Assembly: GCA_001787405.1 (NCBI GenBank)
Contig: MFWV01000003.1
Coordinates: 790 to 64,789, forward strand
Direction of reading: 5' to 3'
From: Candidatus Pacebacteria bacterium RIFOXYA1_FULL_38_18
GTDB lineage: Bacteria > Patescibacteriota > Microgenomatia > UBA1400 > PJMF01
DNA: 64,000 nucleotides
Shown: piece by piece, positions 1-12,009 of the stretch
Layout of the letters: each line of letters begins with the position of its first letter
Numbering within the stretch: position 1 is the stretch's first letter
Notes under the pieces: generated by a model
Seen by the model: only the letters and a program-made list of their open reading frames with translations
The model's database searches: none
Told to the model about the DNA's origin: nothing
Made by a program: the position numbers and the translations under genes

Positions 1-1
1 G

Positions 2-3000
2 ATGACCGGGGTGGGCACTTTCATTATCAATGGCATTGAGCGGGCTATTATCACTCAATTAGTTCGTTCTCCTGGAGTATTTTTCTTGGGAGATGAAGAT
101 CCCAATAGTCGTCGTGTATTGTATCGAGCCGAGCTTCGTCCCTTACGTGGTTCTTGGTTGGAAGTCGTAGTGGGTCGTCGAGATGTTATTACTGTCAAGA
201 TTGATCGTCGTCGTAAAATGCCTGTCACGGTATTACTTCGTGCTTTAGGTTTTGAAACAGATGATGATATTCGTGCTTTGTTTAAAAATCTGGCCAAAAA
301 AGACGAGTTTGATTTATTGGAAAATACTTTGAAAAAAGATGCAACCACCAATCAAGCAGAAGCCCTGATTGAGATTTATGAAAAAATGAGACCTGGAGAG
401 CCAGCAGTTTTGGACACTGCTCGTGAATATCTCTCTCAGCTTTTCTTTGATCCCAAACGCTATGATTTGGCCAAGGTTGGTCGTTACAAACTCAATCGTC
501 GTCTCAAATTGGACGTCAAAGATGAAACCACTGTCCTCACTGCGCAAGATGTTGTAGCAGCAGTGGAATATTTGATCAATTTACAAAATGGAGTTGGCAA
601 AGTAGATGACATTGATCATTTGAGCAATCGCAGAGTGCGCAGAGTAGGAGAGCTGGTAAAAGCAAGTGCTTTCCGCATTGGTCTGATTCGTTTGGAGCGT
701 TCTATCAGAGAAAAAATGTCTTTGACCAAAACAGACGAGACACTCACTCCAGCTGCTTTGGTAAATGCTAGACCTCTGATTGCTACTATTTCAGAATTTT
801 TCCGTCGTAATCGTTTATCAGCAATTTTGGATCAAACCAATCCTTTATCGGAAATTGATAATCTCAGACGTTTATCAGTGATGGGTACTGGTGGAGTAAC
901 TCGTGAGCGCGCTTCATTTTCTATGCGTGACATTAATGCTTCACAGTATTCTCGTATTGATCCAGTTCGTTCTCCTGAAGGTCCCAACATTGGTTTGGTA
1001 ACTTATTTAGCTCTCTATACCAGAGTAAATAAATATGGCTTTTTGGAAGCTCCTTATTTCAAAGTAGAGAAAAAAGGTAGCAAAATGAAGATCAATCACG
1101 ATGACATTATTTATATGTCAGCTGATGAAGAAGAAGATTACAAGATTACTCATGCTGGAGTCGGTATTAGTAAAGATGGCATTTTGGAAGATGAATGGGT
1201 GCCTATGCGCTATATGAATCAATTTATTGAAGGTCCAACAACTGATGTGGAGTATATTGACGTAGTACCTCGCCAAGTAATCGGCACTTCAGCTTCTCTA
1301 ATTCCGTTTATTGCTCATGATGAAGCCAACCGGGCTTTGATGGGTACTCACATGCAATGTCAAGCAGTGCCTCTAGTCAAACCTAGTGCTCCAGTAGTCG
1401 GCACAGGTATGGAATCTTCTGTGGCCCTGGCTATGGGTAGAACTGTTATTGCCAAATTTGCTGGTACTGTGGAATATGTTGATGCAAATAGAGTCACTAT
1501 CAAATTAAACAAAACAGAACATAAAAAAGCTGAAGAGTATTTTTCCAAAAACGGCGACGAACATATTAATTATTCCAAAGGTATTCTTACCTATCAGGTT
1601 GTTCGTTTTGAACGAACTTCACAAAGCACTTGTTATTCTCAACGAGTAGTCGTGACTTTGGGACAGAAAGTTAAAGCTGGAGACATCTTGATTGATGGTC
1701 CTTCTGCAGATGGTGGCGAACTAGCTTTGGGAACCAATTTACTGATTGCTTATGCTTCTTTTGATGGTTTGGGTTATGAAGACGCGATCGTTATTTCTGA
1801 TCGTTTGGTCAAAGAAGATAGTTTAACCTCTATTCAAATTAGTGAATATAAAGCCAAATTGATGGATACCCGTTTGGGACCAGAAGAATTGACCAATGAT
1901 ATTCCCAATGTCAGTGAAGCCTTTTTGAGCAATCTGACAATGGAAGGAATCATTCGTGTAGGAAGCCAAGTTTCTTCCGGAGATATTTTGGTTGGTAAAG
2001 TAGCTCCCAAAGGGGAAACAGAGCTCTCACCAGAGGAAAGATTATTGAGAGCCATTTTTGGTGAAAAATCCAAAGAAGTGCGCGATACTTCTCTAAGATT
2101 ACCTCATGGAGAAAGTGGAACAGTAATTGATGTTCAGAGTTTGGATCGTGATCTGGGTGATGAATTGGACCCTGGAACACTCAAAGAAGTGGTGGTTCGC
2201 GTTGCTCAAATGAGAAAAATCAGAGTAGGTGATAAGTTGGCTGGTAGACATGGTAACAAAGGAGTTATTTCCAAGATTGTGCCAGTAGCTGACATGCCTC
2301 ATTTGGAAGATGGTACCGCAATCGATATTATTATTTCTCCTTTATCAGTACTTGCTCGGATGAACTTAGGTCAATTATTGGAAGCTCACCTAGGTTGGGC
2401 AGCCCAAAAATTGGGTTATACAGTAGCTATTCCTGCTTTTGAGCAGATTGAAGAGTCACGAATTTGGAGTGAACTAGAGCGAGCAGACTTACCTCCCTCT
2501 GGAAAAGCCCAGCTTTTTGATGGTAGAACCGGACAACCTTTTGAGGAAGCAACTGTGGTAGGTGTATCTTACATGTTGAAACTTTCTCATATGGTAGAGG
2601 ACAAAACTCATGCTCGTTCTACTGGTCCTTATTCTTTGGTAACTCAGCAACCTTTGGGCGGTAAAGCTCAAATGGGCGGGCAGCGACTAGGAGAAATGGA
2701 AGTTTGGGCATTGGAGGCGCATCGGGCAGCTCATGTTTTGCAAGAAATGTTGACGATCAAATCAGATGATGTTCGTGGCCGAGCCAATGCTTTTGAAGCA
2801 ATGGTCAAAGGTGAAGAAATTCCCGCCCCAAGTGTGCCAGAATCATTCAAAGTTCTCATGCGCGAACTTAATTCTTTAGCTTTGAAAGTAGTGCCCATCG
2901 ACTCAGAGGAAATAGAAGAAGAAGTTGCTGAACCAATTTCTCCAGAAGAATTACCAGAAGATATAGAGATTGAGGATGAAAAAACTGATGAAGCTGAAGA

Positions 3001-3109
3001 GGAAGCTGATGAAGACGCCGATGAAGTGGCTGATGACTTAGTTGGAGATGAAGATATTGATGAAGACGAAGAAGATATCAAAGCAGTCGAAGAAAGCGAA
3101 GAAGATTAA
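2..3109 (+). CDS. rpoB: DNA-directed RNA polymerase subunit beta (5' end cut by window edge) with polyacidic C-terminal tail
   Basis: The ORF runs in frame from the window edge. The translation carries conserved beta-subunit blocks (GTGGVTRERA, NMQRQAVPL-like region, GRHGNKGV, MGGQRLGEMEVWALEA) and ends in an ~70-aa D/E-rich tail. rpoC follows immediately. Confidence 0.97.
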   Translation: MTGVGTFIINGIERAIITQLVRSPGVFFLGDEDPNSRRVLYRAELRPLRGSWLEVVVGRRDVITVKIDRRRKMPVTVLLRALGFETDDDIRALFKNLAKKDEFDLLENTLKKDATTNQAEALIEIYEKMRPGEPAVLDTAREYLSQLFFDPKRYDLAKVGRYKLNRRLKLDVKDETTVLTAQDVVAAVEYLINLQNGVGKVDDIDHLSNRRVRRVGELVKASAFRIGLIRLERSIREKMSLTKTDETLTPAALVNARPLIATISEFFRRNRLSAILDQTNPLSEIDNLRRLSVMGTGGVTRERASFSMRDINASQYSRIDPVRSPEGPNIGLVTYLALYTRVNKYGFLEAPYFKVEKKGSKMKINHDDIIYMSADEEEDYKITHAGVGISKDGILEDEWVPMRYMNQFIEGPTTDVEYIDVVPRQVIGTSASLIPFIAHDEANRALMGTHMQCQAVPLVKPSAPVVGTGMESSVALAMGRTVIAKFAGTVEYVDANRVTIKLNKTEHKKAEEYFSKNGDEHINYSKGILTYQVVRFERTSQSTCYSQRVVVTLGQKVKAGDILIDGPSADGGELALGTNLLIAYASFDGLGYEDAIVISDRLVKEDSLTSIQISEYKAKLMDTRLGPEELTNDIPNVSEAFLSNLTMEGIIRVGSQVSSGDILVGKVAPKGETELSPEERLLRAIFGEKSKEVRDTSLRLPHGESGTVIDVQSLDRDLGDELDPGTLKEVVVRVAQMRKIRVGDKLAGRHGNKGVISKIVPVADMPHLEDGTAIDIIISPLSVLARMNLGQLLEAHLGWAAQKLGYTVAIPAFEQIEESRIWSELERADLPPSGKAQLFDGRTGQPFEEATVVGVSYMLKLSHMVEDKTHARSTGPYSLVTQQPLGGKAQMGGQRLGEMEVWALEAHRAAHVLQEMLTIKSDDVRGRANAFEAMVKGEEIPAPSVPESFKVLMRELNSLALKVVPIDSEEIEEEVAEPISPEELPEDIEIEDEKTDEAEEEADEDADEVADDLVGDEDIDEDEEDIKAVEESEED

Positions 3110-3133
3110 ATTATTTGAGAATTAAAGGAATTT

Positions 3134-6100
3134 ATGAAAAATATTGTTGATTTTTCCGCCTTGCAAATTAGCATCGCTTCTCCAGAAGAAATGATGTCTT
3201 GGTCTCATGGCGAAGTCAAAAAACCAGAAACAATTAACTATCGCTCTTTGAAACCTGAAAAAGATGGTTTATTTGATGAAAAAATCTTCGGACCGGTTAA
3301 GGATTATGAATGTTACTGTGGTAAATACAAACGGATTCGTTATAAAGGCATTATTTGTGACAAGTGTGGTGTGGAAGTTACTCAATCCAAGGTACGTCGT
3401 GAAAGAATGGCTCACATTGGTTTGGCAACTCCAGTTGCTCACATTTGGTTTTTCAAAGGAGCTCCATCCAAACTATCTTTACTATTGGGAATTTCTCCTC
3501 GTAATCTTAATTCCATTATGTATTTTTCTCAGTACATCGTACTGAGTGTTGATGAAGATGAAAAGAAAAACATTTTGGAAAAATTGGAAGTAGATCTAGT
3601 AGCAGCTCAAGATGAATTGCGCTCTACTGCAGAAGAAGACATCAAAAAATTACAAACACAACTAGAAAAAGATGTCACTACTATCAAGGAAAAAGTTAAA
3701 AGCAAAGAAACTTTACAACTCAAACTTGATGAGCTCAAACTCAAAGCCAAACAAAACATGGCGGCTGTCAAACAACAGTTGGAAACTCAAACCGAGCAAA
3801 CCACTGAGATTTTCAAAGCCATCAAAACCATGGTGAAGAAAATCAAGCGCAAAAGCGTATTGAGTGAAGATGAATATTTGAAATTAGATGAATATGATGC
3901 CGCCGCTCATCTTAGAGTAGGTATGGGTGCGGAAAGCATTTTTGAGTTGGTCAAAGAAATCGACATGGATGTACTGGTAGAGAAACTTCGTGCAGAAATG
4001 ATTGAGAGCAAAGGTGCCAAACGAGTCAAAGCCATTAAACGTCTGCGAGTAGTAGAAGGTTTCAAACGCGCTTCGATCAATCCGGCTTGGACATTTTTGA
4101 ATGTTTTGCCGGTTTTACCACCAGACTTACGACCGATGGTGCAATTGTCAGGTGGTCGTTTTGCATCTTCAGATTTGAATGATTTATATCGTCGTGTTAT
4201 CAATCGTAATAATCGTTTGAAACATCTGATCAATCTTGGTGCTCCAGAAATTATTTTGCGTAATGAAAAAAGAATGCTGCAAGAAGCAGTTGATTCTTTG
4301 ATTGATAGTTCACAAGCTAGACAAACTCGTCGTAGAGTAACTCGTCGCCCATTGCGCTCTCTTTCAGAAATGTTGCGAGGCAAACAAGGTCGTTTCCGTC
4401 AGAACTTATTGGGTAAACGGGTCGATTACTCTGGTCGTAGTGTGATTGTGGTGGGTCCAGAATTAAAACTCAATCAATGTGGTTTGCCCAAAGATATGGC
4501 TTTGGAAATCTTTAAGCCGTATGTTTTGCGTGAGCTAATTGTTCAAGGAGTTGCTCCCAACGTCAAAAGTGCTCGTCACTTAGTGGATCGCAGAGAACCT
4601 GAAGTTTATGATGTTCTAGAAAAAGTTACCGCCAATCATCCAGTGATTTTGAACCGTGCCCCAACTCTTCATAAATTGGGTATGCAAGCTTTTTATCCAC
4701 AATTAATTGAAGGTAGTGCCATTCGTTTACATCCTTGTGTTTGTTCTGGTTACAATGCTGATTTTGATGGTGATCAAATGGCTGTACATGTACCTCTAAC
4801 CAAAGAAGCTCGTCAAGAAGCAGTAGATTTGATGATGTCATCTCACAATTTATTAAAACCAGCCAATGGTGAACCAATCACTGTTCCCAATAAAGATATG
4901 GCTATGGGAGTGTATTACTACACCACCATCAATGAAGAGCTAGAAAAATTACCAACAATTTTCTCTGGTAAAGATGAAGCTTATCATGCCTTTCAAATTG
5001 GTTTGGTGCGTTTACGTCAACCCATCACTCTTCGTTTGCCAAAGATTGGTTTAACAGTCACTACAATTGGTAGATTGCTTTTCAATGATCTTTTACCAGA
5101 GGGTAGTGCTTACATTAATGAACCGGTCAAGGCCAAAGATATTAAAGAATTAGTAACCGAAGCTATTAGCCAATTGCCAAATGAGGAAGTTGCTAATTTG
5201 ATTGATGCCATTAAAAACTTGGGTTTCAAAGCAGCTACTGAGTCTGGTTTATCAGTATCAGTGACTGACTGTAAAATGATCGATGAAAAGAAAAGCATTG
5301 TTGATCGGGCCAACAAACGAGCCGAACAAGTTCAAGAAAGTTATCTGAATGGTTTGGTAACGGATGAAGAACGTCGTCGTAAAAGTATCGAAATTTGGAT
5401 GGAAACGACTGATGAGTTGGCTGAAAAAACTTGGGATTCATACAGCAATGAAAATGCTGTCAAAGTAATGATTGACTCTGGTGGAACTCGGGCTTCAAAA
5501 GATCAAGTTAAACAACTAGCTGCTATGCGGGGATTGGTTGTAGATCCATTGGGCAACATTGTAGAAATGCCTACTAAATCAAATTTCCGTCAAGGTTTAA
5601 CTATTTTTGAATACGTCACTTCTGCTCGTGGTTCTAGAAAAGGTTTGACAGATTCGGCCATCAAAACTGCTGATGCTGGTTATTTAACTCGTCGATTGAG
5701 TGATGTAGCCCATGATGCAATTATTAGAATGGAAGATTGTGAGACTGATAAGGGATTAGAAATCAGCAGAACCAATCGCAAAGAGGCTTTTGCAGATAGA
5801 ATTTTGGGTAGATTTTTGGCAGAAGATGTTAAGGCCGGTCGCAAAATCGTAGCCAAAAAAGATGACATAATTACTGCTCAATTAGCTCAAACTATAGATA
5901 AAACAGAAGAAATTGAGTCAATAATTGTTCGCTCACCCATGACCTGTGAAGCTCGTAAAGGTTTGTGTCAAAAATGCTATGGTTGGGATTTTGCTACCAG
6001 AGAAATAGTACATATTGGCGTACCAGTGGGAGTGATTGCTGCTCAATCAATTGGAGAGCCTGGCACTCAGCTGACCATGCGGGTCAAGCACACTGGTGGA

Positions 6101-6820
6101 ATCGTTGGCTTGGATGTGACTCAGGGTTTGCCTAGAGTAGAAGAATTATTGGAAGCTCGCAATCCCAAAGTAAGGGCGGTAGTAGCAAAAATTGCTGGCA
6201 AAGTTAAGATCAAAGAAGAGAAAGATCAAAAAATTATCACTATTCGTTCTACTACTACTCCAGCCGAAGAAGAAATCTTCGAAGTTCCAAGTGGCAAAGC
6301 TTTACTCATAGAAAATGGGGATTTAGTTCATCCCGGTCAAATGTTGACTGCTGGTGGAGCTGATCTTCAAGAACTATTACAATTGCAAGGTTTGCTTTTT
6401 GCCCAACAGCACTTAGTGGATCAAGTGCAACAAGTTTATGAATCACAAGGTATTACGATCAACGATCGTCATTTTGAGGTTATTGCCAAAAAAATGAGTG
6501 ATAAAGTGCGAATTGAAATGAGTGGTGATACAGAGTATCTAACGGGTGAAATTTCTGAGCGTAGTCGCTTTATGTCGGTAAATGATGAAACTATGGCTGC
6601 TGGTGGTGAACCTGCTACAGCAAAAGTTTTATTATTGGGCATTACTCGTTCATCTCTATTTACTGATTCATGGTTGTCAGCTGCTTCATTCCAGCACACC
6701 AAACATGTATTAACCGATGCTGCTGCAGCAGGTAAAATAGATAATTTGGAAGGACTTAAAGAAAACGTTATCATTGGTCGATTGATTCCAACCAGTGAAG
6801 AAAGGGCTCGGGAAATCTAG
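3134..6820 (+). CDS. rpoC: DNA-directed RNA polymerase subunit beta'
   Basis: 1228 aa. Zinc-finger N-terminus (CYCGKYKRIRYKGIICDKCGVEV), the NADFDGD catalytic motif, and conserved C-terminal blocks. A coiled-coil-like lineage-specific insertion lies at about aa 140-260. Confidence 0.97.
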   Translation: MKNIVDFSALQISIASPEEMMSWSHGEVKKPETINYRSLKPEKDGLFDEKIFGPVKDYECYCGKYKRIRYKGIICDKCGVEVTQSKVRRERMAHIGLATPVAHIWFFKGAPSKLSLLLGISPRNLNSIMYFSQYIVLSVDEDEKKNILEKLEVDLVAAQDELRSTAEEDIKKLQTQLEKDVTTIKEKVKSKETLQLKLDELKLKAKQNMAAVKQQLETQTEQTTEIFKAIKTMVKKIKRKSVLSEDEYLKLDEYDAAAHLRVGMGAESIFELVKEIDMDVLVEKLRAEMIESKGAKRVKAIKRLRVVEGFKRASINPAWTFLNVLPVLPPDLRPMVQLSGGRFASSDLNDLYRRVINRNNRLKHLINLGAPEIILRNEKRMLQEAVDSLIDSSQARQTRRRVTRRPLRSLSEMLRGKQGRFRQNLLGKRVDYSGRSVIVVGPELKLNQCGLPKDMALEIFKPYVLRELIVQGVAPNVKSARHLVDRREPEVYDVLEKVTANHPVILNRAPTLHKLGMQAFYPQLIEGSAIRLHPCVCSGYNADFDGDQMAVHVPLTKEARQEAVDLMMSSHNLLKPANGEPITVPNKDMAMGVYYYTTINEELEKLPTIFSGKDEAYHAFQIGLVRLRQPITLRLPKIGLTVTTIGRLLFNDLLPEGSAYINEPVKAKDIKELVTEAISQLPNEEVANLIDAIKNLGFKAATESGLSVSVTDCKMIDEKKSIVDRANKRAEQVQESYLNGLVTDEERRRKSIEIWMETTDELAEKTWDSYSNENAVKVMIDSGGTRASKDQVKQLAAMRGLVVDPLGNIVEMPTKSNFRQGLTIFEYVTSARGSRKGLTDSAIKTADAGYLTRRLSDVAHDAIIRMEDCETDKGLEISRTNRKEAFADRILGRFLAEDVKAGRKIVAKKDDIITAQLAQTIDKTEEIESIIVRSPMTCEARKGLCQKCYGWDFATREIVHIGVPVGVIAAQSIGEPGTQLTMRVKHTGGIVGLDVTQGLPRVEELLEARNPKVRAVVAKIAGKVKIKEEKDQKIITIRSTTTPAEEEIFEVPSGKALLIENGDLVHPGQMLTAGGADLQELLQLQGLLFAQQHLVDQVQQVYESQGITINDRHFEVIAKKMSDKVRIEMSGDTEYLTGEISERSRFMSVNDETMAAGGEPATAKVLLLGITRSSLFTDSWLSAASFQHTKHVLTDAAAAGKIDNLEGLKENVIIGRLIPTSEERAREI

Positions 6821-6878
6821 CCAATCCAGACGGGACATGTTACAATTCCCCCTCTGAAAATTAATTGAGAAAAATATT

Positions 6879-7292
6879 ATGCCAACTATAAACCAACTTA
6901 TCCGTAAAGGTGGCCGAAAAAGACGCAGTAAACGTGTCAAGGCTAGTGCTTTACGTCGTAGTTTTAATTCAATTACCAATAAACCGGTAAAGACAACCAA
7001 TCCTCAAAAAAGAGGAGTTTGTACTGTAGTAAAAACTATGACTCCCAAAAAGCCAAACTCAGCTTTGCGTAAGGTAGCTCGGGTGCGTTTATCCAATCAT
7101 ATGGAAGTTACGGCTTACATTATGGGTGAAGGACACAACTTAGCTGAACATAGTGTAGTAATGGTTCGCGGTGGTAGAGTGAAAGATTTGCCTGGAGTAA
7201 AATATCACATAGTTCGTGGTAAATATGATACGGCTGGTGTTGAAAATCGCAAAACCAGTCGCAGTAAATATGGAGTAAAAAAGGGATCATAA
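6879..7292 (+). CDS. rpsL: 30S ribosomal protein S12
   Basis: [13 protein letters not shown]...KKPNSALRK...VRGG motif set; str-operon position. Confidence 0.97.
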   Translation: MPTINQLIRKGGRKRRSKRVKASALRRSFNSITNKPVKTTNPQKRGVCTVVKTMTPKKPNSALRKVARVRLSNHMEVTAYIMGEGHNLAEHSVVMVRGGRVKDLPGVKYHIVRGKYDTAGVENRKTSRSKYGVKKGS

Positions 7293-7295
7293 TCA

Positions 7296-7772
7296 ATGAG
7301 AACCAAACAAGCTAAAGTTCGAGAAACTACTCCTGATTCCAAACACGGGTCAGTTGTTGTGGCCAAATTAATCAATCAATCTATGTTGTCTGGTAAAAAA
7401 ACCGTGGCTCAAAAGCATGTTTATCAAGCTTTGGATTTGGTAGCCAAAAAAACAGGCAAAAAACCCATTGAGATTTTGGAAGAAACCCTGAGAAATATTG
7501 CTCCTCAAATGGAAGTTCGTTCTCGTCGAGTAGGCGGTGCTTCTTATCAAGTGCCTATGCCAGTTCGTTCTCGTCGGGGAACTTCTTTGGCTTTACGCTG
7601 GTTAGTTGCAGAAGCAAATAAACGATCCAATGCTCAATATCACACTTATGCTGAAAAATTGGCCGCCGAAATGCTGGATGCTTTGGCAAACACCGGGGGC
7701 GCAATTGATAAGAAAATGACTTCGCACCGGATGGCAGAAGCTAATAAAGCTTTTTCTCACTTCCGTTGGTAG
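7296..7772 (+). CDS. rpsG: 30S ribosomal protein S7
   Basis: 158 aa with an S7-like sequence, sitting between rpsL and fusA. Confidence 0.93.
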   Translation: MRTKQAKVRETTPDSKHGSVVVAKLINQSMLSGKKTVAQKHVYQALDLVAKKTGKKPIEILEETLRNIAPQMEVRSRRVGGASYQVPMPVRSRRGTSLALRWLVAEANKRSNAQYHTYAEKLAAEMLDALANTGGAIDKKMTSHRMAEANKAFSHFRW

Positions 7773-7943
7773 TTGAAAAGGACCAAAGATAAATAAAAAA
7801 GCTGGGAATTGAGTAGACAGTTGATAACAAAGATATTTTTGATTACTGCCGATTCACAATTATTTTTTTATTTATTTGTATAATTAATTGAATTTTATTT
7901 ATTATTAAATTGACCAGAAAAATTTAGAAAAAATTAAAAGATC

Positions 7944-10079
7944 ATGTCTGAAAAAAGTGCCAATAAACAAGTACCCTTAGAACGGATCCGTAACATCGGT
8001 ATTATCGCTCATATTGATGCTGGTAAGACCACCACTACAGAGCGAATTTTGTTTTATACCGGTCGTACTTATAAAATCGGTGAGGTTCATGAAGGAGCTG
8101 CCACCATGGATTGGATGGAGCAAGAACAAGAGCGAGGCATTACTATTGTTTCAGCTGCTACTACTGCTTTTTGGACTCCATATTTTGAAAGTAATTTACC
8201 CAAAGTGGAATATCGTTTTAATATCATTGATACACCCGGTCACGTAGATTTTACTGCTGAAGTTGAACGTTCTTTGCGAGTGCTTGATGGTGGGATCACA
8301 GTATTGGATGCCTCAGAAGGTGTGCAATCTCAATCAGAAACAGTTTGGCGTCAAGCTGATAAATATCACGTGCCAAGAATTTGTTTTGTGAATAAAATGG
8401 ATAAATTGGGTGCAGATTTTTTGGCTACCGTCCAAGATATTCAAGATAAATTTGGAGTTACACCGGCAGTAATGGTAGTACCCATGGGTTCAGAAAATGA
8501 TTTCAAAGGAGTGATTCAATTATTAGATCGTCGAGCTTTATTTTGGAAAGATAATGCTGCTGATACTGAACCAACGGTTATGGAAATTCCTGAAAAATAT
8601 CAAGCCCAAGTAGAAGAGCAACGAGCCAAATTGGTAGAAAGTATTGCCGAGACAGATGATAGTTTGATGGAAAAGTTTTTGAATGAAGAAGAGCCGTCTA
8701 TCAATGAACTGAAAATAGCCCTGCGAAAAGCAGTTATTGGTTATAAATTGGTGCCGGTTTTTGCCGGATCATCTTTAAAAAATACCGGTATACAAGTCCT
8801 TTTAGATGCTGTTGTAGAATACTTGCCTTCGCCCACAGACATTGATGTAGTTAGGGGAATTAAACCAGGCACTGAAGAAGAAATTGAGCGCAAATTAACT
8901 CCAGAAGAAAAATTTGCAGGACTAGCTTTCAAAATTCAGACCGATCCTCATGTGGGTAAATTAACCTATGTCAGAGTTTATTCTGGAATACTCAAAGCTG
9001 GTAGTTATGCATATAACGCTACTCGCGATGAAAAAGAACGAGTGGGTCGTTTGTTATTGATGCATGCCAATAAACGTGAAGAAATTACCGAAGCTCGTTC
9101 TGGAGAAATCGTAGCAGTAGTCGGACTGAAAAACACCAAAACAGGTGATACTTTGGCTGATGAAAATGATCCAATTGTTTTGGAAGGTATTACTTTTGCT
9201 GAACCAGTTATTAGTTTGGCTATTGAACCAAAAACCAAAGCTGATCAGGAAAAAATGGGCTTGGCACTCAATAAATTATCCGAAGAAGATCCAACTTTTT
9301 CTATTAAAGTTGATCATGAAACAGGTCAAACCATTATTGGTGGCATGGGCGAATTACACTTGGAAATTATTGTGGATCGGATGAAACGCGAATTCAAAGT
9401 AGAGGCTGATGTTGGAGCTCCTCAAGTAGCTTATCGAGAAACTATTACCGAAGCAACTCAGGGTGAAGGTAAATACATTAAACAAACTGGTGGTCGTGGT
9501 CAATATGGTCACGTATTACTTCGTTTGGAACCCAAAGATCGAGGCACTGGTTATGAGTTCGTCAATGAAATTACCGGTGGAGCAGTGCCCAGAGAATACA
9601 TTGAGCCAACCAATAAAGGCATTCAAGAATCATTGGAACGTGGTTTTTTGGCAGGTTATCCCATGACAGATCTTCAAGTAGCTCTCTATGATGGATCATT
9701 CCATGAAGTTGATTCTAGTGAACTGGCTTTCAAAATGGCTGGTTCATTGGGTATGCGTGAAGCAGTTAAGACTGCCGGAATGGTATTGATAGAACCAATC
9801 ATGAAACTTGAAGTTACTACTCCAGAAAGTTTTATGGGTGATGTGATTGGTGATTTAGGTAGTCGCAGAGCCCAAATTCAAGGCACTACGACTAGGGGCA
9901 ATGTAGTGATCATCACAGCCCTAGTTCCATTGGCAGAGATGCAAGGCTATGTTACAATCCTAAGGAGCATGACTCAGGGTCGTGCGAGTAGTGTGTTGTT
10001 ACCCAGCCACTATGACGAGGTACCCAAGAGCATTACTGAAAAGATTGTAGAAGAGCGCCGAGGGGTGCATAGACGATAG
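7944..10079 (+). CDS. fusA: Elongation factor G
   Basis: 711 aa. GTPase motifs [17 protein letters not shown] and NKMD are present, plus conserved EF-G domain IV/V blocks. Confidence 0.97.
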   Translation: MSEKSANKQVPLERIRNIGIIAHIDAGKTTTTERILFYTGRTYKIGEVHEGAATMDWMEQEQERGITIVSAATTAFWTPYFESNLPKVEYRFNIIDTPGHVDFTAEVERSLRVLDGGITVLDASEGVQSQSETVWRQADKYHVPRICFVNKMDKLGADFLATVQDIQDKFGVTPAVMVVPMGSENDFKGVIQLLDRRALFWKDNAADTEPTVMEIPEKYQAQVEEQRAKLVESIAETDDSLMEKFLNEEEPSINELKIALRKAVIGYKLVPVFAGSSLKNTGIQVLLDAVVEYLPSPTDIDVVRGIKPGTEEEIERKLTPEEKFAGLAFKIQTDPHVGKLTYVRVYSGILKAGSYAYNATRDEKERVGRLLLMHANKREEITEARSGEIVAVVGLKNTKTGDTLADENDPIVLEGITFAEPVISLAIEPKTKADQEKMGLALNKLSEEDPTFSIKVDHETGQTIIGGMGELHLEIIVDRMKREFKVEADVGAPQVAYRETITEATQGEGKYIKQTGGRGQYGHVLLRLEPKDRGTGYEFVNEITGGAVPREYIEPTNKGIQESLERGFLAGYPMTDLQVALYDGSFHEVDSSELAFKMAGSLGMREAVKTAGMVLIEPIMKLEVTTPESFMGDVIGDLGSRRAQIQGTTTRGNVVIITALVPLAEMQGYVTILRSMTQGRASSVLLPSHYDEVPKSITEKIVEERRGVHRR

Positions 10080-10175
10080 TAATTTGAAAGAGAATAAATG
10101 CCAGTCGGAAATTAAACAAAGAGAATTGAATCAGTAATAATTAGTAGTAAAAAATAGTAGTAAAAAAAGGAAACT

Positions 10176-11375
10176 ATGTCAGATTCACAAAAGAAATTTG
10201 ATCGCAGCAAACCTCACGTAAACGTGGGAACTATCGGTCATGTCGATCATGGTAAAACCACCCTTACGGCGGCTATTACCCAGACTCTATCCAAAAAAGT
10301 ACCCGGTGGCGTAAACAAACCGATGGTTTATGCAGACATCGATAATGCTCCAGAAGAAGCAGCTCGCGGAGTGACGATCAATATTTCACACATTGAGTAT
10401 GAAACAGAAAAACGTCACTATGCTCACATTGATGCTCCTGGACATGCTGACTACATCAAGAACATGATCACTGGCGCTGCCCAAATGGATGGCGCTATTT
10501 TAGTAGTTGCTGCGACTGATGGTCCTATGCCTCAGACCAGAGAACACATTCTCTTGGCAAATCAAGTCAACGTGCCCAAACTAATTGTTGCTTTGAATAA
10601 AGTCGACATGGTTGATGATGCAGAATTGCTTGATTTAGTCGAAATGGAAGTGAGAGAATTATTGACCAAATATGGTTTTGATGGTGAGAATGCCCCTGTA
10701 GTGCGTGTTTCTGCTCTCAAAGCACTGGAAGGTGATGCAGCAGCTCAGGATCAAATCATGGAATTGATGAATAAGGTCGATGAATATATTCCCAATCCAG
10801 TTCGTGATTTGGACAAGCCATTCTTGATGCCTGTGGAAGATGTTTTCTCGATTAAAGGCAGAGGAACTGTGGCTACTGGCAGAATCGAAAGTGGCCAAGT
10901 AAAAGTTGGCGAAGAAATCGAGCTAGTCGGATTTGAAAAGACTTCCAAGTCAGTTGTTACTGGCGTGGAAATGTTCCATAAGCTACTAGATTCTGGTCAG
11001 GCTGGTGACAACGTAGGCATTTTGCTTCGTGGTATAGAAAAAGATGGTATTCAGCGTGGTCAAGTTTTGGCCAAACCGGGTAGCATTACTCCTCATACTA
11101 ATTTTGAGGCAGAGGTTTACATCTTGAAAAAAGAAGAAGGCGGTCGTCACAAACCATTCTTCACTGGCTATAAACCTCAATTTTATATCAGAACTACTGA
11201 TGTAACCGGTGAGATCACTCTTCCAGATGGTGTAGAGATGGTAATGCCTGGTGATAACGCCAAAATGAAGGTAAAATTAATCGCTCCTGTAGCTTTGAAT
11301 GAAGGCCTGCGGTTTGCTATCCGTGAGGGTGGTTTGACTGTTGGAGCTGGTGCGATTTCAAAAGTGGTTAAGTAA
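10176..11375 (+). CDS. tuf: Elongation factor Tu
   Basis: 399 aa. Motifs [18 protein letters not shown] and NKVD; classic EF-Tu length. Confidence 0.98.
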   Translation: MSDSQKKFDRSKPHVNVGTIGHVDHGKTTLTAAITQTLSKKVPGGVNKPMVYADIDNAPEEAARGVTINISHIEYETEKRHYAHIDAPGHADYIKNMITGAAQMDGAILVVAATDGPMPQTREHILLANQVNVPKLIVALNKVDMVDDAELLDLVEMEVRELLTKYGFDGENAPVVRVSALKALEGDAAAQDQIMELMNKVDEYIPNPVRDLDKPFLMPVEDVFSIKGRGTVATGRIESGQVKVGEEIELVGFEKTSKSVVTGVEMFHKLLDSGQAGDNVGILLRGIEKDGIQRGQVLAKPGSITPHTNFEAEVYILKKEEGGRHKPFFTGYKPQFYIRTTDVTGEITLPDGVEMVMPGDNAKMKVKLIAPVALNEGLRFAIREGGLTVGAGAISKVVK

Positions 11376-11397
11376 TCACTTGATGAATTTGTCAAAG

Positions 11398-11426
11398 AAA
11401 ACCCCCGCCTTCGGCGGGGGTTTTTA
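11398..11426 (+). terminator. Rho-independent terminator after tuf
   Basis: An 8-bp perfect G/C stem (cccccgcc ttc ggcggggg) is followed by TTTTT. Confidence 0.85.
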
Positions 11427-11653
11427 TAAGAGTAGTTGTTTACTTGATCTTCTCTTGATATAATCTGAAGTTCACGTTGAAAGACGTGATAAAAAATCTT
11501 AACCGGGGATTTTTTCTACTATCAACTCGATCTGTACACAATTGGATTGATCAAGTATAATTACCCCCTGTGTTTTGAATATCTCTGGTATTCCAGAGTA
11601 AAATTCGTTGGGTTGAGACCAAGTGTCACAACCGAACATATAACAAGTAAATT

Positions 11654-11983
11654 ATGGTAAAAAACGCAAGTACACAAAGTGTGTATAAAATTCGAGTCAG
11701 GCTAAAATCATATGATCATCGAGTCATTGATGAAGCCAGTCGTAAGATTTTACAAACAGCTTTGTCTACCGGAGCAAAAGTAGTGGGCCCAGTGCCTTTG
11801 CCCACTCACACTAAGTCGTTTACAGTACTAACTTCGCCCAATGCAGATAAAAATGCACAGGAACATTACGAAATTAGAACACATAAACGTTTGATCGAGA
11901 TAGTCAATCCTACCAATAAGACGATTGACTCCTTGATGCACTTAGAGCTTCCTGCCGGAGTCGACATTCAAATTAAGATGTAG
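11654..11983 (+). CDS. rpsJ: 30S ribosomal protein S10
   Basis: [20 protein letters not shown]...[23 protein letters not shown] pattern, typical of S10. Confidence 0.96.
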   Translation: MVKNASTQSVYKIRVRLKSYDHRVIDEASRKILQTALSTGAKVVGPVPLPTHTKSFTVLTSPNADKNAQEHYEIRTHKRLIEIVNPTNKTIDSLMHLELPAGVDIQIKM

Positions 11984-12009
11984 ACTTTAGAAAATTAGAA
12001 TTTGATAAA

